Translations under genes and position numbers: made by a program | Source of the DNA: an uncultured Enterobacteriaceae bacterium | Lineage (GTDB): Bacteria > Pseudomonadota > Gammaproteobacteria > Burkholderiales > SG8-39 | Direction: 5' to 3' | NCBI GenBank assembly: GCA_964562815.1 | Contig: CAZLUX010000006.1 | Span: 1 to 47,615 of the forward strand | Length of the DNA stretch: 47,615 bases | The notes under the pieces: generated by a model | Told to the model about the DNA's origin: nothing | Database searches by the model: none | Seen by the model: the letters and a program-made list of their open reading frames with translations, nothing else | Part shown: positions 31,730 to 41,398 of the stretch, piece by piece | How the letters are laid out: each line of letters begins with the position of its first letter | Numbering within the stretch: the first letter of the stretch is position 1

Positions 31730-33253
31730 TCAGGCCGCCGTCACCGGCAGCTTGAACTCCCGGATGCGTTTCTCCCACTCGGCGGGGCCGCTCTGGTGCA
31801 CCGCGCTGCCGTTTGCGTCCACCGCCACCGTGACCGGCATGTCGCGCACCTCGAACTCGTAGATCGCTTCCATGCCCAGGTCTTCGAAGGCGAGCACGCG
31901 CGACTTGCGGATCGCCTTGGAAACGAGATAGGCGGCGCCGCCCACGGCCATCAGGTACGCCGCCTTGTGCTTGCGGATCGCCTCGATCGCCACCGGTCCG
32001 CGCTCGGCCTTGCCGACCATCGCCGCCAGCCCGGTCCTGGCGAGCATCATCTCGGTGAACTTGTCCATCCGCGTCGAGGTGGTGGGGCCTGCGGGGCCGA
32101 CGACCTCGTCTCCCACCGGATCGACCGGGCCGACGTAGTAGATGACGCGGTTGGTGAAGTCGACCGGGAGCTTCTCGCCCTTGGCGAGCATGTCCTGGAT
32201 GCGCTTGTGCGCGGCGTCGCGGCCGGTGAGCAGCTTGCCCGACAGGAGCAGGCGCTCGCCCGGCTTCCACGCCGCGACCTGCTCGCGCGTGAGGGAATCG
32301 AGGTCGACCTTCTTCGCGCTCGCATCCGGCTTCCAGGTGACGTCCGGCCAGTCGGAGAGCTTGGGCTGCTCGAACTCGGCGGGCCCCGAGCCGTCGAGCA
32401 CGAAGTGCGCGTGGCGCGTGGCGGCGCAGTTGGGGATCATCGCCACCGGCTGGTTGGCGGCGTGGGTGGGGTAGGTGAGGATCTTGACGTCGAGCACGGT
32501 CGACAACCCGCCCAGTCCCTGGGCGCCGATGCCGAGCGCGTTCACCTTGTCGTAGAGCTCGATGCGCAGCGCCTCGACCTTGTCCTTCGGGCCGCGCGCC
32601 TTGAGCTCGGCCATGTCGATCGGTGCCATGAGCGATTCCTTGGCCATCACCATCGCTTTTTCGGCGGTGCCGCCGATGCCGATGCCGAGCATTCCGGGCG
32701 GGCACCAGCCTGCGCCCATCGTCGGCACGGTCTTCAGCACCCAGTCGACGATCGAGTCGGACGGGTTGAGCATGGCGAACTTCGATTTCGCCTCCGAGCC
32801 ACCGCCCTTGGCGGCGATGTCGATTTCGACCGTGTTTCCCGGCACGACCTGCATGTGCATGACCGCCGGCGTGTTGTCGCGGGTGTTGCGGCGGCCGAAA
32901 GCCGGGTCCTCGAGCACCGACGCGCGCAGCTTGTTGTCGGGGTTCAGGTAGGCGCGCCGCACGCCCTCGTTGATCATGTCGGCGACGCCCATTTTCGCGT
33001 CCCAGCGCACGTCCATGCCGACGCGCACGAACACGTTCACGATTCCCGTGTCCTGGCAGATCGGGCGGTGGCCTTCGGCGCACATGCGCGAGTTGGTCAG
33101 GATCTGGGCGATGGCGTCTTTCGCCGCGGGCGACTGCTCGCGCTCGTAGGCGCGCGCGAGCGCCCTGATGTAGTCGGCGGGATGGTAGTAGGAGATGAAT
33201 TGGAGCGCGTCGGCGACGCTCTGAATCAGGTCTTCCTGGCGGATCGTGGCCAT
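31730..33253 (-). CDS. fumA: class I (Fe-S dependent) fumarate hydratase
   Basis: [25 protein letters not shown]...[12 protein letters not shown] matches the roughly 507-aa betaproteobacterial class I fumarase type. The start was trimmed from the track ATG at 33304 to the ATG at 33253. Confidence 0.92.
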   Translation of the reverse strand: MATIRQEDLIQSVADALQFISYYHPADYIRALARAYEREQSPAAKDAIAQILTNSRMCAEGHRPICQDTGIVNVFVRVGMDVRWDAKMGVADMINEGVRRAYLNPDNKLRASVLEDPAFGRRNTRDNTPAVMHMQVVPGNTVEIDIAAKGGGSEAKSKFAMLNPSDSIVDWVLKTVPTMGAGWCPPGMLGIGIGGTAEKAMVMAKESLMAPIDMAELKARGPKDKVEALRIELYDKVNALGIGAQGLGGLSTVLDVKILTYPTHAANQPVAMIPNCAATRHAHFVLDGSGPAEFEQPKLSDWPDVTWKPDASAKKVDLDSLTREQVAAWKPGERLLLSGKLLTGRDAAHKRIQDMLAKGEKLPVDFTNRVIYYVGPVDPVGDEVVGPAGPTTSTRMDKFTEMMLARTGLAAMVGKAERGPVAIEAIRKHKAAYLMAVGGAAYLVSKAIRKSRVLAFEDLGMEAIYEFEVRDMPVTVAVDANGSAVHQSGPAEWEKRIREFKLPVTAA

Positions 33254-33398
33254 GGCTTGCGAGGCGATTGCATTGGGGGAAGGAGAGGCGACCAAATGTA
33301 GCATAGCGCCGCGAGGCCCCGGCGGCCTTTACATGGCATTGATTTGGTGCTCTTATTTGCCGGCGAGAGAACGCCATCAAATGGGGAGGGGGCAGGCG

Positions 33399-35366
<1,968 letters not shown>

Positions 35367-35377
35367 AGAGTTTCGCC

Positions 35378-36034
35378 CTAGGCTCTCGACGCCTCGGAGG
35401 CCATCAGGGCGTCGGCGTCGAGCGCCCGGCGCAGCTCGCGCCGCACCTGTTGCCAGCGGAAGCGCACCGAGTTGCGCACGATTTCCTCGTCGAGCTGCTT
35501 GAGCTCGTCGATGATGGGGGCGCACTCCATGAGCACGCGGGGACTCTCGCTGAACGGCGTCCCGTCGTCGGGGACCGCCGTCCAGTCGCACAGCGTCAGC
35601 CGGGCCCGCACGCGCTCGACGCGCGCGGCGTCGTGTTTCCCCTCGCTGGCGGCGAGGATGGCCTCGAGCGTCGCGGTCATCAGGGTGCCTATCCGGGCCG
35701 GATCCGAGCGGGTTCGCCGTTCGAGCAGTCCACCGGCATAAACTGACAAATCAGACAGGCAGGCCAGCCACATCTGCCATTTGGCGGCATCCACCGCCTT
35801 GACGAACTCGTCGTTGGAGAACAGCTCGGGATAACGCATGCCCGCGCGCGTCCTGAGGTAGCCGTAGAGGGACATTTGGGCGACGAAGTTGGCGCGGGAG
35901 TCGATAAAACGCTGCAATGCATCGCGGTCGGCCAACCGTTTGCCGCCCCTCCAGCGACCGCCGGCGGCGAAGTATTCACGTACGATTCGCAAAAAACTGG
36001 CGGGTTGCGCCAGGGTTCGCCAGAAAGTCGACAT
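35378..36034 (-). CDS. hypothetical protein (218 aa)
   Basis: The ORF is convergent with acs and divergent from the symporter operon. I trimmed it to the ATG at 36034 because the longer track version runs through the AT-rich promoter region. No family recognised and the Shine-Dalgarno sequence is weak. Confidence 0.5.
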   Translation of the reverse strand: MSTFWRTLAQPASFLRIVREYFAAGGRWRGGKRLADRDALQRFIDSRANFVAQMSLYGYLRTRAGMRYPELFSNDEFVKAVDAAKWQMWLACLSDLSVYAGGLLERRTRSDPARIGTLMTATLEAILAASEGKHDAARVERVRARLTLCDWTAVPDDGTPFSESPRVLMECAPIIDELKQLDEEIVRNSVRFRWQQVRRELRRALDADALMASEASRA

Positions 36035-36061
36035 GTAGTTCTCTAATTTATTGATCCTGCG

Positions 36062-36079
36062 CAAGATTGATAAATCTTG
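36062..36079. promoter_or_regulatory. perfect 7-4-7 inverted repeat, candidate operator in the divergent promoter region
   Basis: CAAGATT gata AATCTTG. Its right arm overlaps a TTGACT hexamer (36077-36082), which is followed 17 nt later by GAGCAT. Confidence 0.35.
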
Positions 36080-36227
36080 ACTTTTCCTGAAATGGATTAG
36101 AGCATGCGACACAGACTGCGGCCGAGCTTTGGAGGGGGGCGCGAGCAGGCAGGTGCGCCATCTTGGCCCGGGCGCGGCCAATAACAGCTATCCGTCAATA
36201 ACGATGATGAGAGGAGGAGGATAGTCG

Positions 36228-36491
36228 ATGAGCGCCGATATATCTCAAAAAGAGGTCCACTGGCAGCGAACCAAGGGCCTGATGATCGTTCACCTGGTCA
36301 TCTGGTTCATCTTTTCCTTCGTGGTGCACTGGTTCGCTCCGCAGCTGAACAAGATCTCGTTCATCGGGTTCCCGCTCGGCTTCTACATGGCCGCGCAGGG
36401 GTCGCTGATCGTGTTCGTGGTCCAGCTGTTCGTATTCGTACATCAGCAGGACGCGATCGATCGCGAATGCGGCATGGCAGAAGAAGAATAG
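36228..36491 (+). CDS. DUF4212 protein (putative small subunit of sodium:solute symporter)
   Basis: 87 aa with two TM helices and the FIGFPLGFYMAAQGSLIVFV motif. It lies immediately upstream of the SSS gene, with GAGGAGGAGGA before the ATG. Confidence 0.85.
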   Translation: MSADISQKEVHWQRTKGLMIVHLVIWFIFSFVVHWFAPQLNKISFIGFPLGFYMAAQGSLIVFVVQLFVFVHQQDAIDRECGMAEEE

Positions 36492-36501
36492 GGGAGGGAC
36501 C

Positions 36502-38331
36502 ATGAGCATATTCAATCTGAAGGGCTCGTTCGTCGAAAATCTGCCGAAGATCTACGGCCTCTATACGGGGGGCTTCGTGGTCTTCATCATCCTCATGGCC
36601 CTGTTGGAAAAGGCCGGGGCGTCGGCGGACACGATCGCCAAGCTGTTCGTGGCGTTCACGATCGTCATCTATGCGCTGATCGGCTGGCTCTCGCGCACCA
36701 TGCAGGTTGACGCCTACTACGTGGCGGGACGTCAGGTGCCACCGGTGTTCAACGGCATGGCGACGGCGGCCGACTGGATGTCGGGAGCCTCGTTCGTGGC
36801 GATGGCGGGCGGCATCTACATGGGCGGCCATCCCTACCTCGCGTTCGTCGTCGGCTGGACCGGGGGCTACGTGCTGGTGGCGGTGCTGATGGCGCCGTAC
36901 CTGCGCAAGTTCGGCTGCTATACCGTGCCCGACTTCATCGGCACGCGCTACGGCGGCAACCTGGCCCGTTTCTGCGCGGTCGTCGTGCTGGTGGTCGCTT
37001 CGTTCACTTATGTGACGGCACAGATCAACGCCACGGGCACGATCGCGGCGTTCGTGCTGCAGATTCCTTTCCAGGTTGCGGTCTGGATCGCGCTGCTGGC
37101 GATTCTGCTGTGCGCCATGCTTGGAGGGATGCGTGCGGTGACCTGGACCCAGGTGGCGCAATACATCGTCCTGATCGTCGCCTATCTGGTGCCGGTGTTC
37201 TGGATGTCGCAGAAGCAGGGCTTCGGCATCTTCCCGCAGTTCGAGTACGGTGCCGCGGTGGACCGGCTGAAGGAGCTGGAGGTGCTGCAGCAGGTTGGCG
37301 TCCTCAAGCCCGAACACGCGGTCCCGGGGATGAGCGCACTGACGGTCCATCACTCATTTGCCGGCAACGACCTGATCTCGCATGTCAAGTTCATCACCCT
37401 GGTGGCATGCATGATGATGGGCACTGCGTCACTGCCGCACATCCTGATGCGCTACTTCACCACCCCGTCGGTGAGCGCTGCACGCAAGTCGGTGGCCTGG
37501 TCGCTGCTGTTCATCTTCCTGCTGTACTTCACGGCGCCCGCGCTGGCGACCTTGACCAAGCTGCAGGTGCTGGATCCCAGCCTTCCGACCAGCATCATCG
37601 GCAAGTCGATCGCGGCAGTGAATTCGCTGGACTGGGTGCAGAAGTGGAGTCACGTCGGCTTCCTGAAGATCATCGACAGCAACAATGACGGCATCCTGCA
37701 GATCAACGAGTTCTTCATGCGCGGCGACATTGTCGTGCTGGCGACTCCGGAGATCGCGGGGCTGCCGGCGGTGATCTCGGGCCTGGTCCTCGCGGGCGGC
37801 TTGGCGGCGGCGATGTCCACCGCCGACGGGCTGCTGCTCGCGATCGCCAATGCGCTCTCGCACGACCTGTACTACAAGATGATCGATCCGAAGGCCGAAA
37901 CCAGGAGGCGGCTGATTGTCGCGCGGGTGCTGCTGCTCGGAATCGGGGCAGCGGGCTCGGCGGTGGCGGCGCTCAGGCTGACCGGAATTCTGGGGGCAGT
38001 GGCCTGGGCGTTCGACTTCGCGATGTCGGGTCTGTTCTTCCCGCTGGTGCTGGGGGTCTGGTGGAAGCGGGCGAACACCCCGGGCGCGATCGCGGGCATG
38101 GTGATCGGCCTCGGGGTCGGCACCTGGTATCTCTATATGGTGCGCTGGGGCGGCATGACGCCGTGGCTCGGGATCGACCACCTGCGCTTCGGCATCATCG
38201 GCGCCGGCGCGAGCCTGATCTCGATGGTCGCCGTGTCGTTGTTGACCAAGGAGCCGGATGCGGAAACGCAGGCCATGGTCGACGAGGTCCGCATTCCGAA
38301 GGGCGCGACCGTTCTGGCGTCGACGCACTAG
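36502..38331 (+). CDS. sodium:solute symporter (VC_2705 / ActP-like subfamily; likely acetate or other monocarboxylate)
   Basis: 609 aa and polytopic, with an SSF-type sequence (YYVAGRQVPPVFNGMATAADWMSGASF). It is paired with DUF4212 and lies close to acs. Confidence 0.9.
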   Translation: MSIFNLKGSFVENLPKIYGLYTGGFVVFIILMALLEKAGASADTIAKLFVAFTIVIYALIGWLSRTMQVDAYYVAGRQVPPVFNGMATAADWMSGASFVAMAGGIYMGGHPYLAFVVGWTGGYVLVAVLMAPYLRKFGCYTVPDFIGTRYGGNLARFCAVVVLVVASFTYVTAQINATGTIAAFVLQIPFQVAVWIALLAILLCAMLGGMRAVTWTQVAQYIVLIVAYLVPVFWMSQKQGFGIFPQFEYGAAVDRLKELEVLQQVGVLKPEHAVPGMSALTVHHSFAGNDLISHVKFITLVACMMMGTASLPHILMRYFTTPSVSAARKSVAWSLLFIFLLYFTAPALATLTKLQVLDPSLPTSIIGKSIAAVNSLDWVQKWSHVGFLKIIDSNNDGILQINEFFMRGDIVVLATPEIAGLPAVISGLVLAGGLAAAMSTADGLLLAIANALSHDLYYKMIDPKAETRRRLIVARVLLLGIGAAGSAVAALRLTGILGAVAWAFDFAMSGLFFPLVLGVWWKRANTPGAIAGMVIGLGVGTWYLYMVRWGGMTPWLGIDHLRFGIIGAGASLISMVAVSLLTKEPDAETQAMVDEVRIPKGATVLASTH

Positions 38332-38353
38332 CGCCGGAGGCCTCAAATCGAGT

Positions 38354-38386
38354 CGGGGCGAGTCCCTTCGCCCCGGCTTTTTTTTT
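38354..38386 (+). terminator. rho-independent terminator after the symporter gene
   Basis: GGGGCGA / TCGCCCC stem with a 6-nt loop, followed by GGC and a run of nine T. Confidence 0.75.
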
Positions 38387-38436
38387 GCCGCCGAGACTCA
38401 CTAGAATGTCCATGAACTTCGCCCGAAGGAGCGCGG

Positions 38437-38793
38437 ATGACTGAGGCTTTTCCGGTCTGGGTGATAGTGATCGACTACATTCTCGGCGCGATCATGTGGA
38501 CCCTGATCGGCCGTTTCGGCATGGGAATCTTCCTGCCCGAGAGTAGCAGCTTCTTCTTCATGCGCATCTTCGTGCGCACCACCGACCCTCTGCTCAAGCT
38601 GTTCGCGCCGATCACGCCGTCGTTCCTCATTCCTCCTATGGTGCCGCTGTACGTGGCGTGGTTCTTCTTCATGATCCGCTTCTACCTGATGCCGTGGCTG
38701 CTCGGCTATTCGGTGATGGGCATGCTTTCGTTTCCGCTCGAGGGCGAGATCGCGCGCGGCATCCACGAGCTGTTCGGAGGCCTGTTGCGCTAG
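38437..38793 (+). CDS. YggT-like small integral membrane protein
   Basis: 118 aa and hydrophobic. The pattern around FVRTTDPLLKLFAPITP resembles the YggT repeat. AAGGAG lies 5 nt upstream of the ATG. Confidence 0.55.
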   Translation: MTEAFPVWVIVIDYILGAIMWTLIGRFGMGIFLPESSSFFFMRIFVRTTDPLLKLFAPITPSFLIPPMVPLYVAWFFFMIRFYLMPWLLGYSVMGMLSFPLEGEIARGIHELFGGLLR

Positions 38794-38810
38794 TCGCACG
38801 GTTGCGATTC

Positions 38811-40919
38811 ATGCAACGAAAACACGGACCTGGAAACCATACCGCGTTGGCAGCCCTGCCGGCCGTGGTGCTCGATCTGGAAACCACCGGGCTGGATGTC
38901 ACGCGCGAACGGGTGGTACAGGTCGGCGCCGTTACGATGGCGGGAGCAAAGATCCTCGAGGAACCGCGGCTCGACCAGCTGACCAACCCCGGGATGCCGA
39001 TTCCGCCGTCGGCCACCCGGATTCATGGGATAAGTGACCGCGACGTCGCCGGCGCGCCGGATTTCGCAGCTGTGGCGCCGGCGCTGCAAGAGATCATGTC
39101 CGGCAGGGTAGTGATCGGGCACAACACGGCCTTCGACCTCGCGATCCTGCGGCACGAGGCCGCCCGGGCGGGCATCCCCTGGCAGGAACCGGCGGCGCTC
39201 GATCTCGTGCTCCTGGCCGGGGCGCTTGAGCCCTCGCTGCCCGATCTCGCGCTGGAAACGGTGACGCGTCTGCTCGGCGTTTCGATCGAGGGCCGGCACA
39301 CCGCGATGGGAGACTGCCTGGCGACGGCCCAGGCCTATTCGCGCCTGCTGCCGCGCCTGCGCGAAGAGGACGTGCGAACGCTTGGCGAGGCACTTGCCCT
39401 CTCGGCCCGCCGCACCGATCTCGTGCAGGGCCAGATCCAGGCGCGTTGGCACCTGGTCCCGGGCGAGGCCGTGGTCGTACCGCCGCCACCTCTCACGCGT
39501 ATCGACAGCTACATCTTCGAGCGCCGGCTCGACGAGCTGATGAGCGCGCCGCCAGTTTCGGTCGACAGGCGGGCATCCCTGCGCGAAGCCGCCCGCACGA
39601 TGTGCGAGGGGCGCGTCGGCGCGGTTCTGGTCGGCGCGGCGGGCGCGGCGCCGGAGGGAATCCTGACGGAGCGCGACCTGCTGCGCACGGTCGCGCAGGG
39701 CGAGCGGGACCTCGATTCGATCCGCGTCGCGGAGGCCATGAGCGCGCCGGTGGAGACGATGAGCGGCGAGGAGTTGCTGTATCGGGCGCTCGGGCGCATG
39801 GACCGGCTGCGCATCCGGCACCTCTGCGTGGTCGACCCGAACGGTGCGGCGATTGGAATGCTCTCTCAACGCGACTTGCTGCACCATCGAGCGAGCGCCG
39901 CCGATGTGCTGGGAGACGCGCTCGCCGAAGCGCACGAGGTGCCGGCGCTTGCGGCGGCCTACAGCCAGGTGCCTGATGCTGCCGCGCGCCTTGTCGGCGA
40001 GGGGCTAGGGGGCATCGACGTGGCACGCGTGGTCTCCAACGAAGTGCGCGGGCTCACGGCGCGCGCCGCAGAAATTGCGGCCGCGAGCCTGGAGGCCGAA
40101 GGCCGCGGCCCGGCTCCGGCGCCGTGGTGCTTGATGGTGCTCGGATCGGGTGGGCGCGGGGAGTGCCTGCTGAGCGCGGACCAGGACAATGCCCTGATCC
40201 ACGGGGGCAGCGAAGCGGACGATCCGTGGTTCGCGGAATTCGGGGCGCGCATCGCGAACCTGCTCGACGACGCGGGCCTGGCGCGCTGCAGCGGCGGCGT
40301 CATGGCGGCGAACCGGGAGTGGCGCGGCACCGTCGAGGACTGGCGGGCTCGGGTGAACGGCTGGCTCAGCCGCGCGAGGCACGAGGATCTCATGCACGTC
40401 GATATCTTCTTCGACCTGGTCGCGGTCGCCGGGGAGGCGAGCCTCGCGCGCGACCTGCATGCACAGGCCGTTGCCGCCGCGTCCCACACGCCACCGTTCA
40501 CGAACCTGCTGGCGGAATGGGTATCCTCGCTGACGCCGTTGTTCGCGATGTTCGGACGAATCAGGACCGTCGAGGGGCGAGTGGATCTGAAGCGCAGCGG
40601 ACTGATGCCGCTGGTCGGCATTGCACGGACGCTCGCCTTGCGCGCCGGCTCCTCGGCGCGCTCCACTCCCGACCGCCTGCGCGACGTGGCCGCGGCGGGG
40701 CGCATCGCAGAGAGCGACGCCTCGACGCTCATCGCCATGCACGCGGAGCTGCTCGATTTCGTGCTGGCCCAGCAGCTGCAGGACCTCCATGACGGCGTCC
40801 GGCCTTCGAGCCGGGTGCTGCTTCGGCGGCTGGGCAAGGAAGACGCACGCCGGCTGCGGCGCCAGCTGCACCGGCTGGACGAGATCCTGCGCGGACTGCG
40901 CGGCGCGGTCGCCGGGTAG
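38811..40919 (+). CDS. multidomain protein: DnaQ-like DEDDh 3'-5' exonuclease + tandem CBS + DUF294 nucleotidyltransferase + DUF294_C
   Basis: Exo motifs VVLDLETTGL, GHNTAFDLAIL and HTAMGDCLATA. CBS pair at about nt 39520-39890 (ILTERDLLRTV, MLSQRDLLHH). Nucleotidyltransferase signature VLGSGGRGECLLSADQDNALI. C-terminal helical domain. Single 702-codon ORF from the ATG at 38811. Confidence 0.85.
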   Translation: MQRKHGPGNHTALAALPAVVLDLETTGLDVTRERVVQVGAVTMAGAKILEEPRLDQLTNPGMPIPPSATRIHGISDRDVAGAPDFAAVAPALQEIMSGRVVIGHNTAFDLAILRHEAARAGIPWQEPAALDLVLLAGALEPSLPDLALETVTRLLGVSIEGRHTAMGDCLATAQAYSRLLPRLREEDVRTLGEALALSARRTDLVQGQIQARWHLVPGEAVVVPPPPLTRIDSYIFERRLDELMSAPPVSVDRRASLREAARTMCEGRVGAVLVGAAGAAPEGILTERDLLRTVAQGERDLDSIRVAEAMSAPVETMSGEELLYRALGRMDRLRIRHLCVVDPNGAAIGMLSQRDLLHHRASAADVLGDALAEAHEVPALAAAYSQVPDAAARLVGEGLGGIDVARVVSNEVRGLTARAAEIAAASLEAEGRGPAPAPWCLMVLGSGGRGECLLSADQDNALIHGGSEADDPWFAEFGARIANLLDDAGLARCSGGVMAANREWRGTVEDWRARVNGWLSRARHEDLMHVDIFFDLVAVAGEASLARDLHAQAVAAASHTPPFTNLLAEWVSSLTPLFAMFGRIRTVEGRVDLKRSGLMPLVGIARTLALRAGSSARSTPDRLRDVAAAGRIAESDASTLIAMHAELLDFVLAQQLQDLHDGVRPSSRVLLRRLGKEDARRLRRQLHRLDEILRGLRGAVAG

Positions 40920-40958
40920 GGCTGGCGCCTCTGCTAAAATTCGAGCTTAGCGAAGCAC

Positions 40959-41049
40959 GGAGAGATGGCCGAGCGGTCTAAGGCGCACGCCTGGAAAGTG
41001 TGTATGCGTGATGAGCGCATCGAGGGTTCGAATCCCTCTCTCTCCGCCA
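40959..41049 (+). tRNA. tRNA-Ser (anticodon GGA)
   Basis: Hand-folded cloverleaf: acceptor GGAGAGA/TCTCTCC, anticodon loop CTGGAAA, long variable arm ATGCG..CGCAT, T-arm GAGGGTTCGAATCCCTC, and an encoded CCA. Confidence 0.93.
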
Positions 41050-41061
41050 CCCAAAAAGAAA

Positions 41062-41093
41062 ACGCCCTGCGCGCAGCAGCCTGCGCAGGGCGT
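41062..41093. terminator. GC-rich hairpin after tRNA-Ser; the flanking A-tract makes it look like a minus-strand or bidirectional intrinsic terminator
   Basis: ACGCCCTGCGC...GCGCAGGGCGT perfect arms. It is preceded by AAAAAGAAAA on the plus strand (a T-tract when read on the minus strand) and has no T-run after it on the plus strand. Confidence 0.4.
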
Positions 41094-41242
41094 CAATGCC
41101 GACGCACGCAGCGCGCACGAAGGCGGAGGATTTGCGTGAAGCATAGCGGGTTCGGCCGTCGGGTGCCTTGCGATGCACTTGCGGATGTTTGACGTGCGCG
41201 AAGGGCGTTTCGGGCATAATGTCTGTGTCGCGCGCGAAGGCT

Positions 41243-41342
41243 ACGGCGGGCCTCCCCGCATTGCAGCCTGGTGAATCTGGTCAGGTCCGGAAGGAAGCAG
41301 CCACAGCTGGTCACTGCAAGTGCCGGGGTTCAGGCTCGCCAC
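41243..41342 (+). ncRNA. ffs: signal recognition particle RNA (4.5S, small bacterial type); ends approximate
   Basis: Conserved domain IV sequence GGTCAGGTCCGGAAGGAAGCAGCC at 41279 onward. 5' GGCGGGCCT/CCCCGCA pairs with 3' TGCCGGGG/AGGCTCGCC. The position upstream of dnaX is common. Confidence 0.85.
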
Positions 41343-41348
41343 CCATCA

Positions 41349-41379
41349 CCCCTGTCCGGAGAACCCGTCCGGACAGGGG
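41349..41379 (+). terminator. 12-bp perfect hairpin downstream of ffs (terminator or processing structure)
   Basis: CCCCTGTCCGGA gaacccg TCCGGACAGGGG. No T-run follows it, so its function is uncertain. Confidence 0.45.
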
Positions 41380-41398
41380 CCGCTGATAAAATGAACAC

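Noticed and set aside
35378-36181. 267-aa version of the orphan ORF
   Set aside because: The extra 49 codons run through the AT-rich promoter/palindrome region and have atypical codon usage. I trimmed the ORF to the ATG at 36034.
41189-41220. Possible ffs promoter, TTGACG ... CATAAT
   Set aside because: The spacer is 20 nt by my count, which is too long for a standard sigma70 promoter. It is left unannotated.
40947-41386. Several 60- to 80-aa ORFs overlapping tRNA-Ser, the hairpin and ffs
   Set aside because: They overlap structural RNA genes. They have no Shine-Dalgarno sequences and no coding-type composition.
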